From the NCBI RefSeq assembly GCF_964204645.1, contig NC_134030.1, forward strand, positions 13,368,957-13,432,956: 64,000 nucleotides of DNA. The letters run 5' to 3'. How positions within the stretch are numbered: position 1 is the stretch's first letter; every line of letters starts with the position of its first letter. The notes under the pieces were generated by a model. It ran no database searches. It worked only from the letters and a program-made list of their open reading frames with translations, and was not told where the DNA came from. The position numbers were made by a program, and so were the translations under genes. Below, piece after piece: positions 11,659 through 24,700 of the stretch. This stretch comes from Tubulanus polymorphus (Eukaryota; Animalia; Nemertea).

Positions 11659-12109
11659 GTACTTGACGTTTTGTGTAATTGATTTTTTCAGTTACGATGT
11701 TTACAATATTTCGATTAGTTGTGCTAAACGTACATGTGTTGTGGGTATGGATTCTCCAACTATGTTATGGTTCGTATATCTTCCAGTGCTGTGAATCCGG
11801 GTTGGGTTGTCCAACTAGCGTCGTGGTAATAATTCCTCTTAACGATGGTGCGAGGACACTCTTTGATCAGATCTCAGTTCTTGGTCTTGACTTTCTTACA
11901 CAGCTCCCGGATATAACCTAACAATTTCTAAATTTATCTTTCCGTTTATTTTCTCTTACCAGATGTATACAAGAGAATTCCCGGAGCTCTCCCTAAAACC
12001 ACATCTCGCCAGCCTCCCGCTAAAGCTTTCTTAAACCCTTTTATATTATTTCATCTTTAGTAACGTGTGCAGGCCCTCTTCCACACATGGCTTGGAATTC
12101 ATGGATTGA

Positions 12110-12508
12110 ATTCACAACATTTCTCCCATCCATGTATGGGTGATGACGTATCTGCACACATCACAATTATCTATAAATATCCCTTTGCACTCATCAGAGT
12201 CCATGGCCGCACCATAGGTAGACACCTCCGTAGACACATACGTCACTTTCAGACTTTCAGAATTTATATTACTTCTATTTATGTTTATATATCTTCCGTT
12301 CAAGATTAGCTTCTCTTGGAGACAGAGCCTTCTCAGTCGCCGCTCCACGTTTGTGGAACAACCTTCCTCGCCATGTAAGAGCGGCTTCGAGTATCTCTGT
12401 CTTCAAGAGAAGCCCCAAAACACATTTGTTGTCACCACATTAGATTTATTCAGTAATATAGTGTCATTGATCACTTAAGTGGATTCTGGCACTTAAAATA
12501 CCATAATG

Positions 12509-12564
<56 letters not shown>
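12110..12564 (+). mobile_element. L2-clade LINE 3' fragment with (AAT)n tail
   Basis: From 12318 the + strand translates as GDRAFSVAAPRLWNNLPRHVRAASSISVFKR..KTHL, an L2 ORF2 C-terminus. A short 3' UTR and (AAT)n at ~12504-12564 follow. Confidence 0.8.
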
Positions 12565-12565
<1 letters not shown>

Positions 12566-13708
12566 TATGACGTACGCATCAACACAGGTTATCTGGCAAT
12601 AACAACACTGGTCATGAACTCCAGCTTCCGTACATTTATCTGAACTGCTAAACTATCTGCACAACACATGCAGAATAGGATTCATTGTTATTATGGGATG
12701 ATAATTCATGGGCGTCAAGAGTCATGCGACTTAAACTTAAAAAAGCTTCATATCAAGGGTAATCAGAGACTTGTTTTGGAGTAAACTGAATAGCCCTTAA
12801 AATACTAATTCCACATGGCTTAATGGTGTCTATGCTCTGCAAGACAGTAGTTATAGATTTTTAACGACAAACGCACGATCTAAATGGGTCTCCTAAGATT
12901 TCTATTATACTTTCTTTCGCTCATCTATGATAGCCGTTTATAACAGAGTAATTATTACACTTGATTGCTTAAATACAGGTGGGAAGACGTCAGATGGCAT
13001 GACAATCGACTGTGGTTGACGCGCGCAGATAAAGCGTTGAGGTTTCAAAAGATGTCGCCAAAATGCTTGTATCATCAGGGGTAGACAAATTATCAGAGGA
13101 TAAATGAAAACTCCACCTTGTTGATCGTCAGTTGATTTTGCTGTAATTATTTCGTCTGGATAAATCGACACATAATTCATTTCAAAATTTGTCTTCAGGA
13201 GAATTTCTTTTAATAAAAAAAGAGTCTATTTGACCATTTTTTGACTAATGTATTAAGGAGTGAATTTGAATTGATCTCAAAACCAGAGAAAGCATTCTTC
13301 AAAAATTGTGAAAATCCTAGACTCATAATCAAATTCTGTGAAGCCATTTAAGGTCTTTTGCTCGAATCAAGCCAAGGGCCCAGGTGGCTAAAATTCAATT
13401 CCTCACTGTCCTATAATGCTGAGTATGACGGAGTTTACACACTAAAAAAACGTTTGGATAAGTCAGCAATATGATGACGGCCCTGTCCCGCGCGCTCCAT
13501 CTGAGACATAAACAAGTTGCACTGCATTGCTTTGATGCTTTGACAAATTGACTCCTAATATCCACATATCCAGCATAATATTGACCCAGGTTGCGCTTCT
13601 TGGCAAGAGTCATATGTTATGGGCTAGAATCATTTCGATGAAATCTTCGTACGCTTCCTTATGAACCAATAAGCAGAAACCCGTTATCGCTGCCATGCAG
13701 CTATATCT

Positions 13709-14036
13709 CATCCTCCCCCTGCAGGGACTCGAACCTGATGGCATCGCTACACTCAGCCACGGCACGAACCCCTGCATCAGTAGACCGGGTGCGCAGGTAC
13801 ATGCGCAGCTTTCCGAACGAAAACTGGCGGTACCAATCAGATTGCTCATTGAGGCAAATTTCAAGGAAGAACTATAAATGGGAAAACCCGGGCTAAGATA
13901 AAACGGGATTTCTGATTGGCTAAAAATCACATCATCTGAACTGCGCATGTATCTGCGCACACGGTCGATTATGACAGGGTTTCGTGCCGTGGCAATCTCG
14001 ATGTCATCAGGTTCGAATCCCTGCCGGGGGAGGATG
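13709..14036. mobile_element. MITE with long TIRs and 8-bp TSD (P- or hAT-type)
   Basis: CTATATCT|CATCCTCCCCCTGCAGGGACTCGAACCTGATG..CATCAGGTTCGAATCCCTGCCGGGGGAGGATG|CTATATCT. Imperfect inverted symmetry extends ~100 bp inward. Confidence 0.85.
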
Positions 14037-15424
14037 CTATATCTAAACTTTTCATTTCAACTGTAAAAAAAGCAATGATAGTTTAATTCACCCACCGCTC
14101 TTGACTCATCAGCAAAAGAAAAATGATGAGGAACTAAGGCATTACTTTGTTTGGCATAAGACCCGCCGAAATGGGTCCGTACCTGAAACGGACCAAATAT
14201 GGGACGGACCATATCAGAGTGAGTGTTCACGCAAGCGTCTCATTGGACTGAAGCTCCCAAGTTTATGCAAATTTGAGGCCGGCACCGATTACTGACGAAA
14301 AGAAGTTCATCGATTGATATGGTTTTTAATAATTTCACGATAAGAATGCTGTTAGTAAGCAGGCAAGCTTACATCTTCACTCTGACAAATCCTTGTTGCG
14401 CGCGACCTGCGCCTTGGCGCGCGTTATATAGAACTAATACATACACGCATAGTATCGAGAGTAATAACGCAATATACTGCCTACGCGACTGTACACGACT
14501 GTTGTCAACGGAACGCTCATCTGACTGTGCCGCGATTAACAAACTAATAAATAACGAAGCTCAAAACGGATCGCTAATGCGTTACCTTATGCACGGGATT
14601 TCAAAACTAGATGAATCATTGAACACATCGCACACAAACAACTTTATATCATACGCCTTGAGTATCAGTATTCGCGCTAGAAATGATGAATAAGAACCTT
14701 TTCAATTTTGCCGCCATTTTATTTAGCGAAATGCCGACCTGCTGATCCACCTCATTTACATATTCAACGAATGCTATGACGTCATGATGGAGTTCAAACC
14801 GGGTCAACACAAATTATACATGACCGAGATTTTGGGGTTTCGTCTTTGAAAGCCCATAACTACCGAACAATGCGTCGGATCTTGACGAAGTTAAGTTCTT
14901 TCGACGCAAATAGCATTGAACTTTCACATGTGTGATTTTTGATAGTTAAAGATGCTGCATAAAAAAACGTGCTCAAATAAATCGAATTTTTGACATTTTT
15001 AGGTTAATTTCTCAAACAATATAAGACCCACGGCTTTCAACTTTGCGCACCATAATGAAGAATGAATGACGAAATATAGTATGCTTAATCCGTTCAATTC
15101 GCCCATTCGTAGTGAAATTACAGGCTACTGAAATTGCGTTTGAGTGTGCTAAAAATAGCTCGGAGCGTAGTGTATTAAGCATACGAATGATTATCGATCG
15201 GTCAGACCGTTGACTTAGGCTCACTAACGCGAGCCAAAAATCTGCTGCAGCTTTACCAGGATTTATGTCTTCGATCGTTAGTTTTATATTGAAGTCTGCT
15301 GGAAATATCATTAGTTTTGCTGCTGAACATATAATTTTATTTTCAATTACAGTTGTAAGTGCAATTATTTTTGGATTAGTAAATATGTCAAAAAAGATAG
15401 ATAAGTAATTTTTTTTCTAAATAA

Positions 15425-16713
15425 ATGGTGATTGGGAATATAGATCCTTCAAAAAATTTGAAAATATCTAATACGATTAAAGCAGAACACTGTCATCATA
15501 TGATAAATCATAATCCTTCAAATTTTAATCCAAATGAAACTTCATATATTAGAATTCCGAGATTAAATAAAAATACTTTTTACGTTCCAAATAGTATTTA
15601 TTTATCAGCTGATATAGAAGTAACTGGAAATAATAATAATCATGTTGTAGATAAATGTTGGCCGATATTTGATACAAAAATTAACCATAAAAATTTGACC
15701 GGAAACTGTTTTTAAATTAGATGATTATAATTGATTTGCACATTATAAAGATTTATGGTTAACTAAAGAAAATAGAAAAAAAATATGACATTTCAAGGAA
15801 TTCAAACAGAAAACCAAAATAAATTGAGAACGAAAGCTAATAATGCAATAGTAACAGTTGCCGCAGATAAATTAATAAATCAGATTTATGGTAGTAGGTA
15901 TAAAATTCCATTAGATTTTGAATTAATGAATGATAATGCGCCTTTATATAAATATGCAATTCAAGAAGATTAAATATTCGAAATCACTTATGCCCCTGTT
16001 ATTGATATAGTATTCTTGAGTGTAATTAAAGATATGGGTTATGAATTATCAAATATATGCTTTGAATATGATGCAGTAACTAACGAAAATATTGCGAGTA
16101 AAATTCAAACTTATGATTATATGATGATAAATTATATGATTATATTGATAAATTTAAGACTCTAACTATTAATCCAAGTGATGAAATAATTAATGAAAAT
16201 ATCAATTTTCCTGGAAGATCTATTAAAGGTATATCAATATTCTTTACTAAAATATATTCTAATGGTACAATTGATGTAGATAATTATTATTATACTGAAA
16301 TATTAAAAGTAGAAATAACAATTGAAGGTATAGCTAATAAGATATTTTGTCGAGGAATGAGAATGATAGATCAATGGGTGGAAATTTAAAATCATTTTAT
16401 GAATGAAAAAAATAAATCTGAGGATTGTAATATTAATCAAATTAATTATTATACTGGTAATAAATTTGCATTATGGTTAGATTGAAGAACAACTGAAGAT
16501 AATTCATTACATTTGCATTATGATAAGATTTAAGAACAACTGAAGATAATTCATTACATGGTTCTAGTAAAAAAAATTAGAAAATACATAAGATGGACTA
16601 CAATCATTTATGAAAAAGAAAAAGGAATCGACAATTATAAAATGCATTTATATATCATTTCTGATGCGCAATTAAATACAACAAATAAACAATTACATAG
16701 TATTCAATATTGA
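15425..16713 (+). pseudogene. Probable major capsid protein, copy 2
   Basis: ORFs 15425-15715 and 15785-15973 plus downstream homology ending ..HSIQY*. Contains a 47-bp internal tandem duplication at ~16464-16557. Confidence 0.7.
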
Positions 16714-16743
16714 AAATAAACAGTTAATATTAATGATATATAA

Positions 16744-17575
16744 ATGGGAGACAAACAAACTCCTAATCCTTAAGAACAATATTTAAGAAAGTAATATTAT
16801 AATCCTGAGAGTTCGGTCGCCTATATTTCTGTAAAAGTAATGTGGCACCAAGATAAATTAATTAAGATAATCACATAAAATTTAGTTCAATAAAACGTAT
16901 CAATGAATTTATATTAGAACAACCAACATACACAACTCATAAAAAATTGTAAGAAAATATAAAACGCGTAAAACTATGGTAAGATATGTAGATCAGGGAG
17001 ATTTGATTGATATGAAAAATCTTAAAAAAAGATAATGATGATTATATGTGGATATTAAATATAATTGATATGTTTAGTCGTTACGTATGGAGTTTTCCAG
17101 TATTCAGAAAAGATGCTGTTCAAACATCAATAGTTTTAAGAAAATTTCTATCAGGTACATTAAAACCAGAAAAAATACAATTTGATGATGGAAAAGAATT
17201 TGATATTTCATTAGTTCATGGATACTTAGATTACCATAATATTAAATATTTTTCAACAAAATCAGATACATAAGCAGCAGTTGTTGAGCAATTTAATAGA
17301 ACATAAGGAACAAGAATGTGGAAATATTTCACAGCAAATAATACTTATAAATGGATTGATATTTTACCAAAATCAATAGGTTTTAGCAATTCTTATCATC
17401 CATCTATTGGAATGAAACCTATTGATGCTAGAAAACTTGAAAATGCTGAAATTGTTCGGAATAATTTATATGGTGCATTTCTTGTAAATGATTTTGGTGA
17501 ACCTAAATTCAAAGTCACAATGTTAGAATTTCTAAGTATCAAAAGATATTTGACAAAGGATACGATCGAAATTTA
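16744..17575 (+). pseudogene. rve (c-)integrase, copy 2, 3'-truncated
   Basis: Motifs IDMFSRY, IQFDDGKEF and MWKYFT..YN..YH..IGMKP, broken by multiple stops. Confidence 0.85.
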
Positions 17576-17584
17576 AAAATAACA

Positions 17585-17830
17585 AATTGATAAAGATAAA
17601 GTTAAGGATGGTTTAAAGAAATTAGCAAAATATTTATGGGAACTATCTAAAAAATCTGCTGCAGCTTTACCAGGAATTATTGCATCAATTGTTGGTTTTA
17701 TATTGAAATCTGCAGGTAATATTCTTAACTTTGCTGCTGAACATATTATTTTATTTTTAATTACAGTTGTAAGTGCTATTATTTTTGGGTTAGTAAACAT
17801 GATATCAAAAAATATCAAGAAAACATAATA
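17585..17830 (+). pseudogene. C-terminus of the viral membrane protein upstream of MCP
   Basis: DKVKDGLKKLAKYLWELSKKSAAALPGIIASIVGFILKSAGNILNFAAEHIILFLITVVSAIIFGLVNM. Homologous to 15237-15408 and ~5666-5780. Confidence 0.65.
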
Positions 17831-17862
17831 AAAAATAAATGATTAATTTTTTTGTTAAATAA

Positions 17863-19110
17863 ATGAGTGGGCGTTATATCAATCCTTCTAAGAATCATAG
17901 AATATCTAATGCTATTAAAGCAGAAAGATCACATCATATAATTACTCATAATCCTTCAAATGTTAATCCCGATGAAGCTTTATATGTTAGAATTCCTAGA
18001 TTAACACAAAATACTTTTTATGTTCCAAATAGTATTTTATTTATCAGCCGATATAAAAGTAACCGGTAATAGTAATAATTATGTTGTCGATAATGTTGGA
18101 AGATATTTGATTAAAAAATTAACAATAAAGATTGGTCCAGAAACAGTTTTCTCATTAGATGATTATAATTTATTTATGCATTATAAAGATTTATGGTTAA
18201 CTAAAGAAAATAGAAATAATATGATATTTCAAGGCATTCAATCGGAAAACCATAATAAATTAAGATCTGAAGCCAATAACGCAGTAGTAACTAATGACGT
18301 AGATAATTTGATTAAAAAGATTTATGGAAGCAAATATAAAATTCCATTAGACTTTGAATTGATAAATAATAATGCACCTTTATATAAATATGTAATTCAA
18401 GAAGATATTATGTTTGAGATAACATTTGCTCCTGTAAATGAAATTGTATTATCTAGCGTTGTTAAAGATATGGGTTATAAATTATCGAATATATGTTTAG
18501 AATATAACACAGTAACTAATGAAAATATTGCTAGCACAATTCAAACTCAATACAATCAAGGATTTTCATTATTATATGATTATATTGATAAATTTTAAAC
18601 TGTAACTATTAATGCAAATGATGAAATAATTAATGAGAATATTAACTTCCCAAGAAGATCTATTAAAGGAATATTAATATTTTTACCATTGCAACATATT
18701 CTAATGGCGCAATAAAGGTAGATAATTATTATAATCCTGAAATGACAAAAGTAGAAATAACTATCGAAGGAATAGCAAATAAAATATTTTGTCAAGGAAT
18801 GAGAATGATAGATCAATGGCCAGAAATTAGAAAACATTTTATGAATGAAAAAGTAAAATCATCTGAAAATTGTAATATTAATCAAATTGATTATTATACC
18901 GGTAATAAATATGCATTATGGTTAGATTTTAGAACAACAGAGGATAATTCATTACATGGTTCTGGGAAAAAACTACAGAACACTAAAGATGGAATACAAT
19001 TATTCATGAAAAAGAAAAAAGGAAGCTTAAATTTCAAAATGCACATTTATATTATATCTGACGCACAATTAAATATTGTAAATTCACAATTAGATAGTAT
19101 TCAATATTAG
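17863..19110 (+). pseudogene. Probable double-jelly-roll major capsid protein, copy 3 (few frameshifts)
   Basis: ORFs 17863-18069, 18020-18598 and 18742-19110 join into ~415 aa, directly followed by integrase and packaging ATPase. Confidence 0.75.
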
Positions 19111-19140
19111 AAATATAAAGTTAAAATTAACGATATATAA

Positions 19141-20246
19141 ATGGGCGGTAAAAAAACTCCTAATACTAAAGAACAATAGTTAAGAAATTTATATTACAAC
19201 CCTGAGAGTTCGGTTGCTTATTCTTCTACCAAAAATATATGGCGTCAAGTAAAACAAGATAAATTAGATAAGATAATCCCACAAAATTTAGTTAAATATA
19301 AAGATATAAATGAATTTATGTTAGAACAACCAACATATACAACACATAGAAAAATTGTTAGAAAATATAAAACTCGTAAAACTATGGTAAGTTATGTAGA
19401 TCAACAGTGGCAAGGAGATTTAATTGATATGAAAAATGTTAAGAAAGATAATGATGATTATTGGTGGATATTGAGTATAATTGATATCTTTAGTCGTTAT
19501 GTATGGAGCTTCCCAGTTTATAGAAAAGATGCTGTACAAACATCAAATGTTTTAAGAAAATTTCTTTCGGATGATAAACTAAAACCACAAAAAATACAAT
19601 TTGATGATGGAAAAGAATTTGATAATTCACTTGTTCATGAACTCTTAGATAATCATAATATTAAATATTTTTCAACAAAATCGGATAAAAAAGCAGCAGT
19701 TGTTGAACGATTTAATAGAACATTAAGAACAAGAATGTGGAAATATTTTACAGCATATGATACTTTTAAATGGATTGATGTTTTACCAAAATTGATAGAA
19801 GGATATAATAATTCTTATCATTCTTCTATTGGAATGAAACCTATTGATGCTAGAAAACCTGAAAATGCTGAAATTGTTTGGAATAATTTATATGGAGCAT
19901 TTCTTGTAGATGATTTTGGTGAACCTAAATTTAAAATAGGACAACACGTTAGAATTTATAAGTATAAAAAGATATTTGATAAAGGATACGTAATTTTACA
20001 AGAGAAATATATTAGATGAAAAAAATAATAAAAACAAAACCATTTGTCTATAAATTAGAAGATTTAGATGCTGAAGAAGTTGCAAGGTATTTTATGAAGA
20101 AGAATTAAGTTTAACTACTGAAAAACTAGAATAAGAATATGAAATTGAAAATGTATTAAAAACAAAAACTGTTAAAAGAAAAAAAGTAAAACGGTATGGA
20201 TGAATTTAATGAATGGATATTATCAAGTAAAATTAAAAATATATAA
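19141..20246 (+). pseudogene. Polinton/Maverick-type rve integrase with C-terminal chromodomain
   Basis: DDE triad WQGDLID / IQFDDGKEF / VVERFNRTL and YNNSYHSSIGMKP. The frameshifted tail FYEEEL..YEIENVLK..EFNEWI is chromodomain-like. There is a premature stop near the start. Confidence 0.9.
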
Positions 20247-20826
20247 ATGAATAAGGAATTATTTATATTTGAACCTCATAATATGTTAATTTCTGGTGTA
20301 ACAAATTGTGGAAAAACTTATCTTATTATTAATTTATTAGAAACTATTTATAAAAACTATTTTGATGATATAGTATTATTTAGTCCAACATATGAGTTTC
20401 ATCAAACTTATAATATAAATATTACTAGAAATAATAAATTTATCGTATTGGATACTAAAATAGTGAAAGAAAATTTAGATAATTGTTTTAAAATAGCAAT
20501 TGATATTCATAAAGGAACAAATACATCACTTATAATAGATGATTGTGCAAATTATTCAATTGATTCAAAAATTAGAGAAAGTGAAAGCTTTTTCTGGTAG
20601 ACATTTTGGGATAACCACATGGGTTTTAAATCAAAAATGTAATTCAATTGTAAAAGATTTTAGAGAAAACATTAGATTTTTAGTATTATTCTACAATAAA
20701 GATAGAAAATCAATGAAAATGCACTTGAAGAAAATTATATCATTCCACATGATTTTCATAATGAATATATGGATAAATTGGAAAATAACAAAAGATCAAA
20801 TTATTTCGATAACAACGCCCATTTAA
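20247..20826 (+). pseudogene. A32/FtsK-like DNA packaging ATPase (frameshifted)
   Basis: Walker A GVTNCGKT, Walker B LIIDD, SGRH motif and downstream NQK..REN. Confidence 0.85.
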
Positions 20827-21029
20827 ATGTGAATTTATCTAAACTCAACTAGTTTTTTAAAATCTATTTTATTTTAGCCACTTTCTATTTGAATTTTAGT
20901 TAGTAGTTGAAACAAATATCAAATAAAATTCAACAAGAAATAAATAAAAACAACAACTAGCTTGTTAAATTTAGTGTATTTTTAGTTAAATTTTAGTTGT
21001 AACAACTAATGTTTTTGTTAGATAAATAA

Positions 21030-21560
21030 GAGGTGAAAAGAAATAAAATCTAAAAATAGTGATGTTCAAACTAAAAAACTGGATGATTTCGGAATAATAG
21101 AAACAAAATTAACTGCAGATAATGAATTTCAAAATGATATTACAACAAATAATAATTTTGAATGTTATATTTATTGCAAACCTCAATTAGAAATATTAAT
21201 TGCATCTGGAAAAATTTAAAACCTTTATTGTTAAAAATTTGACTTATTATGAATTAGATATAATGAAATCAGATCAAATCATAAACTTATTTAAGATTTA
21301 TAAAACTGCGAGAATAGCTAGAATTAATGACACGATATCAGAAAATGTGATAAAAGGTTATTCTAAATTATGTAATTATATGCTACCAATTGTGAAGATG
21401 AAAATAAATTTCATTCCGATTTGAAAAATGATTATTTAGTTAAGACTGAATTAAATGAATTGGATTGGATATTGATCATTTCAATCAGGTAGATTTATGA
21501 CATTATTACTCAACTGGAGTTATTACATTTTCAAACATTGATAATAAATATTTTTCTACA
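21030..21560 (+). pseudogene. Viral conserved hypothetical protein (decayed)
   Basis: ORF 21200-21424 with flanking frames: LEILIASGK..KGYSKLC..DLKNDYLV..LLSTGVITF. Confidence 0.4.
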
Positions 21561-21564
21561 ATAA

Positions 21565-21780
21565 ATGAGCGAAACGGAAGAAGTGAAAGAAATAACTGTG
21601 AAGAAAAAAACCGAGAACTCAGAAACACATTGAATGGTCTCGACAATTAGGAAAAAAATCAAAAGAATTTAAAAAAGCTAAAAAAGAAAAAATGAATAAT
21701 AAAAATGTTGATAAAGATGAAAATAATGTTATTTCTACTCCTAGATTAAATTTCAAAATTCACTATAAAGAAACATGATT
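21565..21780 (+). pseudogene. Small basic viral protein (decayed)
   Basis: TAAATG start; after one frameshift reads MSETEEVKEITVKKK..RTQKHIEWSRQLGKKSKEFKKAKK. Confidence 0.35.
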
Positions 21781-24700
21781 AATATTTTAAAAAGCAAACA
21801 AAATAATTCATTTTACTTAACAATTTCTATTTTTAATAGATTACATATCTCACTATTTTTGTATGCGGAGCAATTATATCGTCATTTTCTTGTTAAATAT
21901 CGACTAATTTTTTATTTCATATTGTTCTTTTGATGGTTTCTATTCTATTATCTATTGACGCTAAGAATGCTTTTCTGTCTCCCATTTAAATAGAAAAAAA
22001 ATTACTTGTGGTGGCGAGTCGCTCTATCGCTCTCTGGTATGAAACCCTGATTTTGTAATTACTGACATGTTTTATGATTGTGGCGAGTTTCAATGTCATA
22101 ATTTTGTGTATGGTCACCAGAGGATGTTCAATTGCTGAAAAACTAAGTATTTAAATATAACATTGGTACCTAGTCATATTTTGTAACCACATTCAATTGC
22201 ATAAATTTAGCTAGTGACATGTTCTCTGGTTTGGCGAGTTTTAAGGTTATTGCTTTCTTAATATATTCACCAGGGTACGTCAAATATTGATATTTTTGTT
22301 TATTGAGAATTTTAAACCATTTCCCAGGCGGCCGTGGTGTCCCTGGACCCCTAGTTCATTTTGAAAGTGTTTTTTTTAAATAATTGTAGTTCATCGTATA
22401 TCCGGACACATGGACCTATGATAAATTCGAGAACATTTTCAAAGCAAGTAAAGCGGATCTATATATTCCGCGAGCAACAAACGCTTAGATTTCAACATAG
22501 ACAATAATCCGTTAGCCTTAAGATTCTTTTCAAGGCAATTTAAAAATCATACGGAATCTGGAAACTATATCAATCAGCTCGATGAGGAATGCGGGCATAA
22601 CGTTGAGAGTGACCAGTTCTTAGATTTGCCGATGATGAGACTTCGAACGGACCTGGAAGCAGTTTCAGTCAACACACACAGCGTTAGAACGGACCTGATT
22701 CGCACTTTTAGGTCGGTCGAATTGGACCTGCTCAAAAATTGACCAGGCCATTTTAGAACGGACTTTTTGCAAGCTTTAACAATCGGTCCCAATTAGTACG
22801 GTCCAAAATTCTGACCGGTTGTCTAAATGAAGTTGTTTTTTGTCTTAAAAAAAAAAGCTGACTCAATGATAATGACCAATGACGAAGAGAAGATGTCCTT
22901 TATCCGTGGAGGCCACTAGTAGCAAAACTATAGGCTAGGAAGTGAACAGAAATGATTTTAGTTCGATTAAATGTATTCATTAATAGAATATGAAAATATA
23001 TGCACCGCGCAGGTCGAACCTCTGAGCAAAATATATCTCCCGTACCTGCTGCGTACTAAATGGACTACAGCTGCAACTATTGACCGCAGCTGCTTGTAAT
23101 TGCTCTTCAAACTAACGAAACAGCCATTGAAGCAGATACCTCTCAGCAATAACATTGCGAAAATACACGTAATCTGTAATGTCTGTTACAAAATGGTGGC
23201 GCGTATGGTATGCCATGATGCTTAATTCCTTACATATCATCGTCACAGATGTCGACTTTCGAGGAGAAAGCATCTGCTTTCAAACTGTGTGAGCGAGGCT
23301 ATCCACAACTTATATTCGATTGAATTCTCAATGATACCGATTAAAAAAGAGAATTGAACGCAGTGTGATTGACCACGCCCTGAGAGGTTTACTTCAGAAC
23401 TATCGCCATATCAAACGCACATGGTTGCTTTTGTAACAAATAAAATGGACAATGCACCTATTCAAAGCGAGGTGTTTTGGTTCAGACCCCGAGCTTGTGT
23501 GGCCTCGGGGTTTGTTTTCATATTATTACTTCCAAGTTTGAGTCCGCCGCGTTTGGGCTCGCGTACACAGTGTAGGCCTACTGGCATTCCTATTCCTAAA
23601 TGGTATTTTATCGGACTCAAGACTTAGATATAATCCACTTATCTCAAAATAAGTGCACTAAATTAACAGAAATTAAAATAACACTCTTATTAAATTTGGC
23701 AACAGACCCGTTCGTTCGTATCGCTACTTGTCTGGCCATGGGACTCTACTAAGAATCCTGAAGGTTAAGCTGGAAGAAACTTAGTACGTTAGTAAACATT
23801 AAGTAAATTAATAACAAGTTGCAGTGCCATATTTTGTGAACCAATTGATTTATCGTTATTTTTATCAAGTGACATTGATGAAACAGGTGGTAAAACGATA
23901 TAATCTGATGAACTCCATCGAATTGTGGGATGATAGGGATAAAAGTCTTTGAATATGATTTTTGGATCGCCGATAGAAAATGATTACTAGAACCCACCAG
24001 TCTTTTTAATCACTACATGTATAGTAGATCAACTGATCGTAGTACTCAAACATACATTTTGAACAAGAGTCCATCAATGCCACATATGGAACGAACTATT
24101 ACTTCGATTCGGTCAGTTCTCTGGGGCTGGTTTCAATTGGGGCGGTGCCAGATTTTCAACGCGCCAAACCGCCCAGTAGATACATGGTCAGATTTTGATG
24201 TTGAAAATACATCTATTGGTCCTATCTTACCAAAACATCGATATGACGTATTCGAAAGGTAACAAACTATTAGTTTTTAATATATCAATTATGGTGATGA
24301 TTATCGAAGGTAATCTATTCGCTGTTACAAAACGAATACCATGTTGGCACGAATAGGGTTTTGTGTGCAGAAAAAAATTATATTCATATCTCGTTTTTCC
24401 TGGGAGTAGAACTTACAACGCAAGTGCTAATCAATCTCTGTGTTCATGGCTTAGGAGCTGAAGAGTAGATGAAAATTCTGGGGTCTCATGAAAAGAAAAT
24501 CAATTTGTGTTGTGAAATCACAGATGGGCTAGAATAATATGACTGTAATTTATTGAGTTCCATATTTCATTATGGTGTTATCGAAATTGAAATAAACCGA
24601 GTGATTACATCTGGCGAACACTCCGAATTGGAAAGCTGTATAAGGAGAGGACTCATTATTAAAAGATAAGTTGAGCATGATTGGATTAATCTGTATTTCA

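Larger units (their letters stand above)
15235..17575 (+). mobile_element. Polinton-like virus copy 2 (truncated, most decayed): TM-gene end, MCP, partial integrase
   Basis: Collinear with 17585-19990 but with many more stops and indels. Confidence 0.8.
17585..22000 (+). mobile_element. Polinton-like virus copy 3: TM-gene end, MCP, integrase, ATPase, further ORFs
   Basis: Collinear MCP-INT-ATPase genes joined by very short TAAATG junctions. AT-rich until ~22000. Confidence 0.85.

Noticed and set aside
17573-17818. Minus-strand ORF (also 15012-15311, 5738-6013, 4126-4332, 12112-12348)
   Set aside because: Antisense shadows of viral or LINE coding sequence on the other strand.
1965-22000. A single intact Polinton bounded by long TIRs
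   Set aside because: The inverted homology is between internal genes of separate copies. No terminal repeats or TSD were identifiable, and most genes are disrupted.
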